Shown: positions 1 to 8,155 of the stretch, in pieces
Position numbering within the stretch: the first letter of the stretch is position 1
Layout of the letters: each line of letters opens with the position of its first letter
Origin: a virus
Taxonomy: Duplodnaviria > Caudoviricetes
Virus record (IMG/VR): IMGVR_UViG_3300014656_000112
Span: 1 to 26,501 of that record
Strand: one strand, 5' to 3'
Length of the DNA: 26,501 nt
The notes under the pieces: model-generated
Told to the model about the DNA's origin: nothing
What the model saw: the letters and a program-made list of their open reading frames with translations, nothing else
The model's database searches: none
Made by a program: the position numbers and the translations under genes

Positions 1-2
1 GT

Positions 3-389
3 GTGTTTTTGTGGGCGCTGGAGGGTCTGAAGGTGGTCCTGGAGAACAATCAAATTCTTGTGCCCGAGTCCGTGGAGCAAGGGAAGAAGAGGTTCCGAGC
101 GAGCAGTAACCCGGCGCTGTCGTTCGTGGAGGAGTGTTGTGTATTGGGTGAGTATGCCGCCGGTGCCGTGATCAATAGTATCTCTCCGCCTGTGCTGTAT
201 CGGACGTATAAAGCCTGGTGCGAGGACGGCAGTATACCCATAAAGTCGCGCCTGGGCAAGCATAAGTTTTATGAACAGATCCTGACCAACTGCAAGGGAG
301 TTGCAAAAAAGCGGGATCCTGGTGGTACGAAGGATAAATTATTTGGTATCGGCCTGGAGCGTGAGCTGGAGTTTAAGGTTCCGGAGTAG
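3..389 (+). CDS. C-terminal part of P4/D5-family primase-helicase (5'-truncated)
   Basis: FLWALEGLK...SNPALSFVEECC...VLYRTYKAWCEDG...KHKFYEQI...FGIGL resembles the winged-helix C-terminus of D5-type helicases; lies near an iteron array. Confidence 0.8.
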   Translation: MFLWALEGLKVVLENNQILVPESVEQGKKRFRASSNPALSFVEECCVLGEYAAGAVINSISPPVLYRTYKAWCEDGSIPIKSRLGKHKFYEQILTNCKGVAKKRDPGGTKDKLFGIGLERELEFKVPE

Positions 390-420
390 TCCCCCCGGCT
401 CTCGGGTTAGGATTTTTTTT
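390..420 (+). terminator. possible intrinsic terminator
   Basis: Weak CCCG/CGGG plus TCC/GGA stem followed by a T run, right after the primase stop and facing convergent genes. Confidence 0.4.
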
Positions 421-438
421 GTACGTCAAGGAGCGGAG

Positions 439-618
439 CTATGTTTTTTGTCGGAGGATTTTTGCCACGATCTGGCGCACCCGCTCCTTGCCGACACCGT
501 GTTTTTTGGCGGTATCGGCAAGGCAGAGGTTATCAACCAGGTGACTGTAGGCTATCCGGATTGATTTAGAGGTGAGCCGCGTCTGTTGGGCTGCTCTGTT
601 GAATTCCTGTTCTGTCAT
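439..618 (-). CDS. KorA/TrfB-like HTH transcriptional regulator, 59 aa (not in ORF track)
   Basis: Hand translation: MTEQEFNRAAQQTRLTSKSIRIAYSHLVDNLCLADTAKKHGVGKERVRQIVAKILRQKT*. ATG overlaps the upstream TGA (ATGA); GGAG SD; aligns by eye with the IncP KorA N-terminal HTH domain. Confidence 0.8.
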   Translation of the reverse strand: MTEQEFNRAAQQTRLTSKSIRIAYSHLVDNLCLADTAKKHGVGKERVRQIVAKILRQKT

Positions 619-821
619 TCTCCGGGGCTTTCCTCCTGTTTATTTAGCGGGTCCTGCCCGGTTGACTCCGCCTCCTCAACGTGCTGTTGCAGCATCTTGT
701 TGAGGCGGAAATTATGTTCCGTGCCGTACCGTTTCTTGAGCCGACGGAATTTCTTCAGTGTCTCTGGATCTATGTCGTAGATCCTCAGTTCTCCGGTTGT
801 GTTATATTTTCGTTTTGCCAT
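615..821 (-). CDS. small DNA-binding protein, probable ribbon-helix-helix (Arc/FitA-like)
   Basis: ELRIYDIDPETLKKFRRLKKRYG...LNKMLQQHVE fits a strand-helix-helix pattern; AAGGA SD; coupled to the downstream gene. Confidence 0.6.
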   Translation of the reverse strand: MAKRKYNTTGELRIYDIDPETLKKFRRLKKRYGTEHNFRLNKMLQQHVEEAESTGQDPLNKQEESPGE

Positions 822-913
822 GGCGTTTCCTTTCTTTCCTTATTATTTTTGGAGGACGGCAAACCACCAGCTAGAAAAGTCGCCCTCAAATTTGTGGTGT
901 TAAGTATTATATT

Positions 914-1189
914 TTATTTCCAATTCTTTGCGGCTGCGATCACGTGCTCAACCGTGATCTCCGTTCCCGAGGTCAGGGAGTCTTCAAGATCAAAAATTAC
1001 GTCTGAGACAATGCCATCACAAATGTCTTCCAATGCCAGGTCTGGAAATTCGACTTTTGCGCGGGAAATGGTCTCTGACATTTCAGCCAAGATCCGGGTT
1101 TTATTTCGATCTACGAAAGCTCGAATTTGGCCGGGGTTTATATGCGCACCCACTCTCATTATTGTTGCATTTTCATGTATCATCGTCAT
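914..1189 (-). CDS. hypothetical protein (91 aa; start moved to 1189)
   Basis: AAGGAGGAGGGA SD directly precedes the ATG at 1189; acidic helical sequence; same strand as the two regulators. Confidence 0.6.
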   Translation of the reverse strand: MTMIHENATIMRVGAHINPGQIRAFVDRNKTRILAEMSETISRAKVEFPDLALEDICDGIVSDVIFDLEDSLTSGTEITVEHVIAAAKNWK

Positions 1190-1271
1190 TCCCTCCTCCT
1201 TTATATTTTTTTTGTCCTCCCCACTACACGTTTCGGCTCCCATTATCCCTCAGAATTTGATCGTTTAGACT

Positions 1272-1549
1272 AATTACATGTAATTTACATGGTTTTTACA
1301 TGGTTTTGATATTGGTAAGTGGTTTAGATGATTCGGCATTAAGATGATTTACATGGTTTACATGGTTTTTTTACTACCCTTTACATGCGCGCGCATATGC
1401 GCGGGCGTAATAAGGATCATCTATTTTTTATTTATTTTTTTTATATGTTAATAATAGAGAAAAAACCATGTAAACCATGTAACATACCGATATGTTGATA
1501 AAAAAGCAACACAAAACCATGAAAAAACCATGTAAGATTACATGTAATT
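1272..1549. repeat. inverted iteron array, probable replication origin
   Basis: TTACATGG at 1285, 1296, 1349, 1358; CCATGTAA at 1466, 1475, 1528 and CCATGAAA at 1517; ATTACATGTAAT palindromes at both ends; AT-rich centre. Confidence 0.75.
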
Positions 1550-1730
1550 GATATCTAATTGTAGTTTAACCTCCCGTCTCAGGTATGGAGTATGAGCCCG
1601 GATGACTTATACTGAGTTAGGAGCGGCCGAGAGGCGAAGATCCGGTTGATGCGAGTCAACTCGATGCGTTTGGAGAGTCGGCCGGGTACATGGATACCCA
1701 CAAAAAATGAACTGAAAGAGAGGGAGAAGG

Positions 1731-2078
1731 GTGAGTAATCTTGAGGCGTTACGCCAACAAAGACGTAGGTTTTCCGGCGGTGCTACAAATCCTGCTGCTT
1801 TGCGCAAGGAGTGTGGCAGGCTGTATCGAGCAGCGCTTGAGCGCTTGAGAGCGCGCGGGGATTACGTAGATCAGGTTAATGCCGCGCGGCTTGAGCCGGT
1901 GGCGCTGACGTTGAGCGAGACTTTTCAGGCGCGGGAGCGAGCTCTGAGCGAGGATATTGATGCCGTTTTACTGAGTGATGAGCCGGGTTTGGAGAGATTC
2001 GGGGAGCTGGTTGGTGAGTGGGAGCAGTGTTGTTTGCAGGAGCTGGCTATGTGGTTGACGCTGGTTCAATCGCAGTAA
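1731..2078 (+). CDS. hypothetical protein
   Basis: 115-aa helical ORF; GTG start after purine-rich SD (GAGAGGGAG). Confidence 0.6.
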   Translation: MSNLEALRQQRRRFSGGATNPAALRKECGRLYRAALERLRARGDYVDQVNAARLEPVALTLSETFQARERALSEDIDAVLLSDEPGLERFGELVGEWEQCCLQELAMWLTLVQSQ

Positions 2079-2373
2079 AAACGATCCTTAAAACTATAAC
2101 TAAATGATTTGCAAAACCGCTTGACTTTCTCTGTGTGTTAGTTAATAGTATTAGCAGGGTTTCAACCGGTTTCGTTAAAATCATCTATCCGAGCGAGTTA
2201 GGAGTCCCAGATCCTGAGCGAGAGGGGGTACCCCTCAAAGGGATCCTAACCGGGTCCCATCGGGGCCTATAATGGGGGACTTCCAGAGATAGATTAATTT
2301 TGAAAATATGTTTTGATGATTTCAAAACGCCGCGAAGCCCCGACAATGAACAATTTATAGGGAGGGGGGACAC

Positions 2374-3102
2374 ATGGAAGAGAAAAAGGTAATAGGTTAT
2401 ATCCGGGTTAGCACGATTGATCAAGATACATACAAGAATCGTGCTGAGATTTTGGAGTTGGCCAATCAAAAAAATTTTGGCCGCGTGGAGTTTGTTGAGG
2501 AAAAAATAAGCGGTACAAAGGCCTGGCAGGACCGCAAGATCGGCCGCGTGATCGCTGAACTGCAACAAGGCGATGTGCTTATTGTTCCGGAGATTTCCCG
2601 GCTGGCACGGTCGATGCTTCAGATTTTAGAGATGCTCGAAGTCCTCAAAAAGAACGGCGTTGATGTCTACGCCGTCAAGGGCGGCTGGAGTCTTAACGGC
2701 AACATTGAAAGCAAGGTACTACTCCTGGTCTTTGGCATGATGGCTGAGATAGAGCGGGATTTAATCAGTCTCCGGACAAAAGAAGGGCTGGCCGCGCGCA
2801 GGGCGATGGGTGTAAAATTAGGCAGACCCTCAAAACCCGGCAAGTCCCGCCTCGATCAACATCGAACTGAGATTGAGCAACTCCTAAGAAATGGGAGTCA
2901 TAAGAAGTTTATTGCCGGAAGATTCTTCGTAACGCCCGGGACTTTGACTAATTGGCTTAAGAAGAATAAAATTAATATTCAACCAAGTTGTACGCATGAT
3001 AAAAATAATGAAACATTTCCCCTTCTAAAAACCTTGTCAAGAAAAAAATGCATCGAAAAAGCACTTTTTTTACACCGGATAGCACAGGATAAAACCGGAT
3101 AG
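2374..3102 (+). CDS. serine recombinase (resolvase/invertase family) with C-terminal HTH
   Basis: GYIRVST catalytic Ser motif; EKISG; GDVLIVPEISRLARS; AEIERDLISLRTKEGLAARRAMGVKLGRP; HTH KKFIAGRFFVTPGTLTNWL; GGAGG SD. Confidence 0.95.
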   Translation: MEEKKVIGYIRVSTIDQDTYKNRAEILELANQKNFGRVEFVEEKISGTKAWQDRKIGRVIAELQQGDVLIVPEISRLARSMLQILEMLEVLKKNGVDVYAVKGGWSLNGNIESKVLLLVFGMMAEIERDLISLRTKEGLAARRAMGVKLGRPSKPGKSRLDQHRTEIEQLLRNGSHKKFIAGRFFVTPGTLTNWLKKNKINIQPSCTHDKNNETFPLLKTLSRKKCIEKALFLHRIAQDKTG

Positions 3103-3188
3103 TGCATGATAGCAAGCGTCTTTTAAAAATCTCTCCAAAAACCTGTGATATATATGATTCAATATAATTCGTGAATTGCTTGAATCAT
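3074..3188 (+). promoter_or_regulatory. putative late promoter / pac-like region with phased repeats
   Basis: (G/T)GATA(G/A) four times at exact 10-bp spacing (3077, 3087, 3097, 3107); extended -10-like TGTGATATAT near 3144; dyad ATGATTCAA...TTGAATCAT (3154-3188); directly upstream of the terminase genes. Confidence 0.55.
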
Positions 3189-3207
3189 TTATTGAGGATT
3201 TTAACAG

Positions 3208-3810
3208 GTGGCAGCCAACAATAAAATTGAGCAATACAACCTTCAGGACCGTACGTTGTCACTCAAGGCTGAGGGCTATCCCACGCGCAGGATTGCGGAG
3301 TTTTTGACCGAGGACCTGGCGGGCAAAGACACCATCAGCCAACCCACCGTGGCCCGGTGGCTGGCCAATGAACGGCGCAAACGAAAAGCGGCTGCGGAAG
3401 TTATTCTGGATGATTACATTTCCACAAGCCTGCCCGCGGATTTGAACATTCTGGATGAGATGGTCGAAACCTTCCTGAGTATTTTCAGATACAATACCGG
3501 CGGATTAAATAAAACCCTAAAGCTGTTGCAGACCGGTGTTGTTGATCTAAAAATTTATCGAGAATTAAAAATAGAACTGGATAAAGAACGTTCCATTAAT
3601 ATCCGCGAGCCTGATTTAAAAACAGGCATGCAGGCGGCGGACCGGTTACGCGATCTTCTTAATACTAAATTCCGCTTCATCGGCGTGGGCGATCCCGATG
3701 ATGACAGCATTACCAAAGTAAGGGCCGACGAACGTGAAGAATTAGAAGAGATCGCCCGGGAACTCGCGGAAAAGAAACGGCAAGAGGTAAACGATGCATC
3801 CGGATCCTGA
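3208..3810 (+). CDS. probable terminase small subunit
   Basis: N-terminal HTH (GYPTRRIAEFL...ISQPTVARWL), helical body, overlaps the start of TerL. Confidence 0.65.
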   Translation: MAANNKIEQYNLQDRTLSLKAEGYPTRRIAEFLTEDLAGKDTISQPTVARWLANERRKRKAAAEVILDDYISTSLPADLNILDEMVETFLSIFRYNTGGLNKTLKLLQTGVVDLKIYRELKIELDKERSINIREPDLKTGMQAADRLRDLLNTKFRFIGVGDPDDDSITKVRADEREELEEIARELAEKKRQEVNDASGS

Positions 3811-5413
3811 CAAGCTGAGAATAGTTGATCCATGGTATTGGGCTTATTCCACCCCCATAAAGCTGATCGCAGGGGCTTTTTCACTCCCCGGCCATGAATT
3901 CCAGGTAGAAATGATGCAATTGAACCCGCGCAGAGAATGTATGATGAAAGCAACCCAAATGGTGGGCACCGAGACACATATATTAAAAACCCTGCATGGT
4001 TTAATTCATAAAAGATACCCCCTGGGCGCCCTGTGTCTCTTTCCGACCGGTGAGGATGTCAGTGACTTTTCCTCCTCTCGATGGAGCCCGCTTATCAAAG
4101 ACAACCCCTACTCTATCGGCCGTTATGTAAAAGACACCAACCGCACCAACCTGAAAAGGATAGGCGGCGCATTTCTCTTTTTCCGTGGAGCAAGGCTTAC
4201 CCAAATAGTCGATGATCAGAAGAAAAGCGCGTCAAAACTAAAAAGCATCCCGGTTGACAAGGTTATTTTTGACGAAGTGGACGAAATGTCGCCCGAGGCC
4301 ATTCCCCTGGCCCAGGGCCGAATGAAACATAGCAACGTCAAGGAAGAGGTATATCTTGCCAACCCGACCATCCCCGACTTTGGCATTGATAAAATTTATA
4401 ACAGCTCAGATCAGCGCGTTTGGATGATCAAGTGCGAAAAGTGCGGCAAAGAAACGTGTCTGGAGCTTGAGTTCCCCGAATGTCTTCTCAGGACCTCCGA
4501 CAATCGCGTAATTCGCGTATGCCGCCACTGCCGCAACGAGATATTCCCCCGAAACGGCAGGTGGGTCCCCCTATATCCCGCCCGCACACAAGACATGGTG
4601 GGCCGGTGGATATCCCACTTAAATTCCGCGTTTGTAGATCCTAAAGAAATCCTCGACGCGTACGAGAATCCGAATACAACAAAAGACAGTTTTTACAATT
4701 TACAGCTCGGAATGGCGTACATTGACGCCGAGAATCGTCTTACCAAAAACCAGGTATACGCGTGCTGCGGCCTGGAACCAATGCAGCACGGCTGTTCCAT
4801 GCAATGCGCCCTGGGCGTGGACGTTGGTAAACACCTGCACGTCGTCATCGGCTATAAGATCAACGAGTATACAGCCCGCATCGTAAAGGTCGCCCGCGTC
4901 TCATCTTTTAACGACGTTCACGACCTGGCCAAGCAATACAATGTCAGGACCGCAGTATTTGATCTCTACCCGGAAGAAAGAAAAGTCCGCGAATTCCAGA
5001 AGAACGAGGAGTTTGACGTGTTCGGCTGCGACTATCTGGAAGACCAGCGAGGCCCGGCCAGATGGGACTATAAAAACGGTCTTGTCCGCATAAACCGCAC
5101 CGAGATTTGTGACAGCTCTCACACCTTTGTGTCTGATTTAGACAAGCTTGAGCTGCCGAGAAAAAGCGCAGAAATAGAGCAATACGCGCAAGAAATGATC
5201 AATACGGCCAAGGTACTCCAGGAGGACAAAGAGACCGGCAAAAGAGTGTACCGGTACAAAAAATTAGGCCCGGATCATTACCGGCACGCTACAAATTATT
5301 TTCTATTAGCCCTGGAAAAAGTAGGTGTGTCCCTGGCAGCAGACGAAGAAGAATATTATCACGACCGTCAAGCCACGGGCACGGAAGGGAGAAGCCATGC
5401 TACAGGGTATTAG
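3794..5413 (+). CDS. terL: terminase large subunit, lambda GpA-like
   Basis: MKATQMVGTE (GpA-type Walker A region); KVIFDEVDEM Walker B; LANPT; CEKCG/CRHC Zn motifs; nuclease motifs LGVDVG and PDHYRHATNY. Confidence 0.93.
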   Translation: MHPDPDKLRIVDPWYWAYSTPIKLIAGAFSLPGHEFQVEMMQLNPRRECMMKATQMVGTETHILKTLHGLIHKRYPLGALCLFPTGEDVSDFSSSRWSPLIKDNPYSIGRYVKDTNRTNLKRIGGAFLFFRGARLTQIVDDQKKSASKLKSIPVDKVIFDEVDEMSPEAIPLAQGRMKHSNVKEEVYLANPTIPDFGIDKIYNSSDQRVWMIKCEKCGKETCLELEFPECLLRTSDNRVIRVCRHCRNEIFPRNGRWVPLYPARTQDMVGRWISHLNSAFVDPKEILDAYENPNTTKDSFYNLQLGMAYIDAENRLTKNQVYACCGLEPMQHGCSMQCALGVDVGKHLHVVIGYKINEYTARIVKVARVSSFNDVHDLAKQYNVRTAVFDLYPEERKVREFQKNEEFDVFGCDYLEDQRGPARWDYKNGLVRINRTEICDSSHTFVSDLDKLELPRKSAEIEQYAQEMINTAKVLQEDKETGKRVYRYKKLGPDHYRHATNYFLLALEKVGVSLAADEEEYYHDRQATGTEGRSHATGY

Positions 5414-7466
5414 CGAGCCCTTTCCCGCTATAGGCACAAGCACACCTCAAGCCCCACGCCCCCAGTCCGGGACCGCCGAGTTTTCGAGGGAAGATATCAG
5501 ACCGGAGCCGCCGCCGAATCCGGCAGACATATTAAACGCGAGGCTCTCCTCTACCAACATAGCAACCGAGCTTGAACAAACCGTCATTGACGAAATAGCC
5601 CAGCGCGTAGTTCGCGATTATGAAAGCGATGAACTCTCCCGGGAAAACTGGCTGGCGCGCAACGAAGCCGCGATGAAGCTCGCCACCCTGGTCATAGAGA
5701 CCAAAAACTTCCCCTGGCCCAATGCCGCAAACATCAAATACCCGCTTCTTGCCACTGCGTGTGTCCAGTTCTCGTCGCGCGCGTATCCGAACATCATCCA
5801 GGGCACCAATATCGTCAAGGCCAAAGTCACGGGCCAGGACCCCGCCGGCCTAAAGGCGGCCCGGGGCATGCGCATCAGCGAGCACATGAACTATCAGATC
5901 ACCGAAGAGATGGAAGATTGGTCCGAAGAGATGGACGATCTCTTGGTCGCTCTGCCGATCGAAGGCTGTGAGTTTAAAAAAACATATTTTGATAGCACCG
6001 ACGGCCTGAACGTGTCGGAACACGTACGGCCTAAAGACCTGGTAGTTAACTATCGAGCCAAAAGCCTGAAAAAGGCCAGCCGTGTCACCCACCGCATCTG
6101 GCTCTATCCCAACGACGTGGTGGGAAGAGTCAGAAAAAAAATATTTTTGGATATAGATTTTGGGTATCCCACGACCATCCAGGAACCATCCACCGACAAT
6201 GAATCCCCGGCTTTAAATGACGAAGACGCCCCGCATCTTTTCCTTGAGCAACACCGCTGGCTGGACCTGGACGGCGACGGATATCAGGAGCCCTATGTCT
6301 GCACCGTGCACAAAGACACCGGCAAATTAGTCCGCATCGTAGCCCGATGGGATGTCGAGGGAATAGCCCGGAACGAGAAAGGCGAGATCACAAAAATAAC
6401 GCCGGTCCACTATTTTACGCGGTTTAAATTTATGCCGTCGCCGGACGGGGGTTTTTACTGTATGGGATTCGGCACCCTGCAAAGCCCGATCAACGAGGTG
6501 ATCAACAGCACAATCAATCAGCTCTTAGACGCCGGCACCCGGCAGAACACTGCCGGCGGATTTATAGGCAAGGGAGTAAACCTCGCCAAAGGCGGCGGAG
6601 GAGGCCCGATAAAATTTGCCCCGGGCGAGTATAAACAAATCGACTACTCAGGCGACGACATCCGCAAAAACGTCTTTGATCTAAAAATCCCGGAACCATC
6701 CAGGGTACTTTTTCTCCTGTTGGGCTCCATGATTGGCGCAGGCAAAGAGCTTGCCTCCGTGTCCGAGGTCCTCACCGGAGAGCAGTCAGGTTCCAATGTG
6801 CCTGCAACGACCACATTAGCCTTGATCGAACAGGGCCTCAAAGTTTTTTCAGCCATATATGTGCGGGTACACCGCGGCCTTAAATGTGAATTTAAAAAAC
6901 TCAAGCGCCTGAACCGCTTGTTTTTGGACGATGAAGTTTATTTTACCGTCCTTGACAACCCCAGGGCGATAAAGCGAACGGACTATGAAGACGTCGACCT
7001 TGACGTGCAACCGGTGAGCAACCCCGACGAAGTATCGGACATACAGCGCCTGATCAAGGCACAGATTCTGTTCGGTCTCCTCGGCAAGGGGTATAATGAC
7101 GATGCAATACGCCGCCGTCACCTTGAGGCGCTGCGGGTTCCCGACATCGAGGAGCTGCTGCCGCCGAAAGGCCCGCCGCCGCCGCCTGATCCCAAGATCG
7201 TCCTTGAAAGTGAAAAGATCAGCCTGGAGCGCGACAAATTTGAGCTTGAGATAGTTATGGCCAGAGGCAAGCTCCTGAAAATGCGAGCGGACACGCTGGC
7301 GGCTATTGCCAGGGCAGAGGCGGCAGAGGCGGGGCCTCAGATCGAGATGTATAAGTCGGAACTTGCGGCTCTTGAGAAGATGACGTCCGGGATGTTCGCC
7401 GGCGGTGGAGCCACCGGAGGTCAGATGTCAGAGAACGGAGGTCAGAATGAGCGAGAATGGCAATGA
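5397..7466 (+). CDS. portal protein (podovirus/P22-like); start moved to ATG 5397
   Basis: KNFPWPNAAN, HMNYQITEEM, GCEFKKTYFD, LDLDGDG, NQLLDAG, ATTTLALIEQG motifs; follows TerL; GGAAGGGA SD. Confidence 0.9.
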   Translation: MLQGISEPFPAIGTSTPQAPRPQSGTAEFSREDIRPEPPPNPADILNARLSSTNIATELEQTVIDEIAQRVVRDYESDELSRENWLARNEAAMKLATLVIETKNFPWPNAANIKYPLLATACVQFSSRAYPNIIQGTNIVKAKVTGQDPAGLKAARGMRISEHMNYQITEEMEDWSEEMDDLLVALPIEGCEFKKTYFDSTDGLNVSEHVRPKDLVVNYRAKSLKKASRVTHRIWLYPNDVVGRVRKKIFLDIDFGYPTTIQEPSTDNESPALNDEDAPHLFLEQHRWLDLDGDGYQEPYVCTVHKDTGKLVRIVARWDVEGIARNEKGEITKITPVHYFTRFKFMPSPDGGFYCMGFGTLQSPINEVINSTINQLLDAGTRQNTAGGFIGKGVNLAKGGGGGPIKFAPGEYKQIDYSGDDIRKNVFDLKIPEPSRVLFLLLGSMIGAGKELASVSEVLTGEQSGSNVPATTTLALIEQGLKVFSAIYVRVHRGLKCEFKKLKRLNRLFLDDEVYFTVLDNPRAIKRTDYEDVDLDVQPVSNPDEVSDIQRLIKAQILFGLLGKGYNDDAIRRRHLEALRVPDIEELLPPKGPPPPPDPKIVLESEKISLERDKFELEIVMARGKLLKMRADTLAAIARAEAAEAGPQIEMYKSELAALEKMTSGMFAGGGATGGQMSENGGQNEREWQ

Positions 7467-7752
7467 AATCAAAATCGAGGCGCCGGACAAATGTATCGGC
7501 TGCGGCTGGATACCAGAACAGGCCGAAGCCGGCAAAGAGCTTGCGCTCGGAAGTTCATGGCTGGTTGTGCCTATCCGCGACTCCGTGGTGTGGCTCCATA
7601 TTTGCCCGAAATGCGGCAGAGCCATGGGCAATAAGAACGCTGTTGAAAACGTGCGTAAGCTTCAGGAAATAAAAAAACAGCGCGTTGTTCAACCCCGCCC
7701 GGGCAAGATTGTTTTAGCGGGTTCCAAAGGAGCCCCGATCGGCAGAAATTAA
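7447..7752 (+). CDS. small Zn-ribbon protein (CIGC...CPKC)
   Basis: GGAGG SD before ATG 7447; two CxxC motifs; overlaps the portal end. Confidence 0.65.
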   Translation: MSENGNEIKIEAPDKCIGCGWIPEQAEAGKELALGSSWLVVPIRDSVVWLHICPKCGRAMGNKNAVENVRKLQEIKKQRVVQPRPGKIVLAGSKGAPIGRN

Positions 7753-7787
7753 CAAATGTTAATAAAACTAAACAAAAGTGTGAATCA

Positions 7788-8018
7788 ATGTTAACAAAGG
7801 AAATGCTTGCAGAATGGAGACAAAACCCGACGACGCGCGAGGTGTTCAAGCGTCTCCGAACAATGATCAATGAAATAGAAGGAGAGCTGGGCGCGGGCCG
7901 CACGCTGGTCCATTCATCAGCCGAGGAAACTCTGGCACATACGGCACGGGCAGTTGGCCGAATCGCCGGGATCAACGAATTGCTGGAATTTGGCATATTC
8001 GACGAAGGCGCGACTTAA
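7788..8018 (+). CDS. small phage protein, function unknown
   Basis: EWRQNPTTREVFKRL...AVGRIAGINELL; typical small helical gene after the portal in such modules. Confidence 0.75.
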   Translation: MLTKEMLAEWRQNPTTREVFKRLRTMINEIEGELGAGRTLVHSSAEETLAHTARAVGRIAGINELLEFGIFDEGAT

Positions 8019-8079
8019 GATAAAACCGTAACCTCTCTGCCAAGAGTAGGCCGCTCAAGGCAGGAGCAAAGCAAATAAT

Positions 8080-8129
8080 CAGGGGCGCTGGTGGGAGCCC
8101 ACCCTTTCACCATGCGCCCCTGTTTTTTT
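8080..8129 (+). terminator. intrinsic terminator / attenuator-like hairpin
   Basis: CAGGGGCGC-TGGTG ... CACCA-T-GCGCCCCTG followed by T7. Confidence 0.65.
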
Positions 8130-8155
8130 GCGCATGCTCCAAGGATAAAGGATAG

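Noticed and set aside
681-1268. 195-aa plus-strand ORF and other long shadow ORFs (e.g. 13561..14223, 19898..20587, 23676..24548 on minus)
   Set aside because: They are antisense to better-supported genes with SDs or recognisable motifs, and have no such support themselves.
1272-1549. CRISPR array
   Set aside because: The repeats are 8-14 bp, inverted and irregularly spaced, with no unique spacers or cas genes.
2121-2151. Sigma70 promoter TTGACT...TAGTAT
   Set aside because: Spacing is 16 or 19 nt to imperfect -10 boxes; too weak to call.
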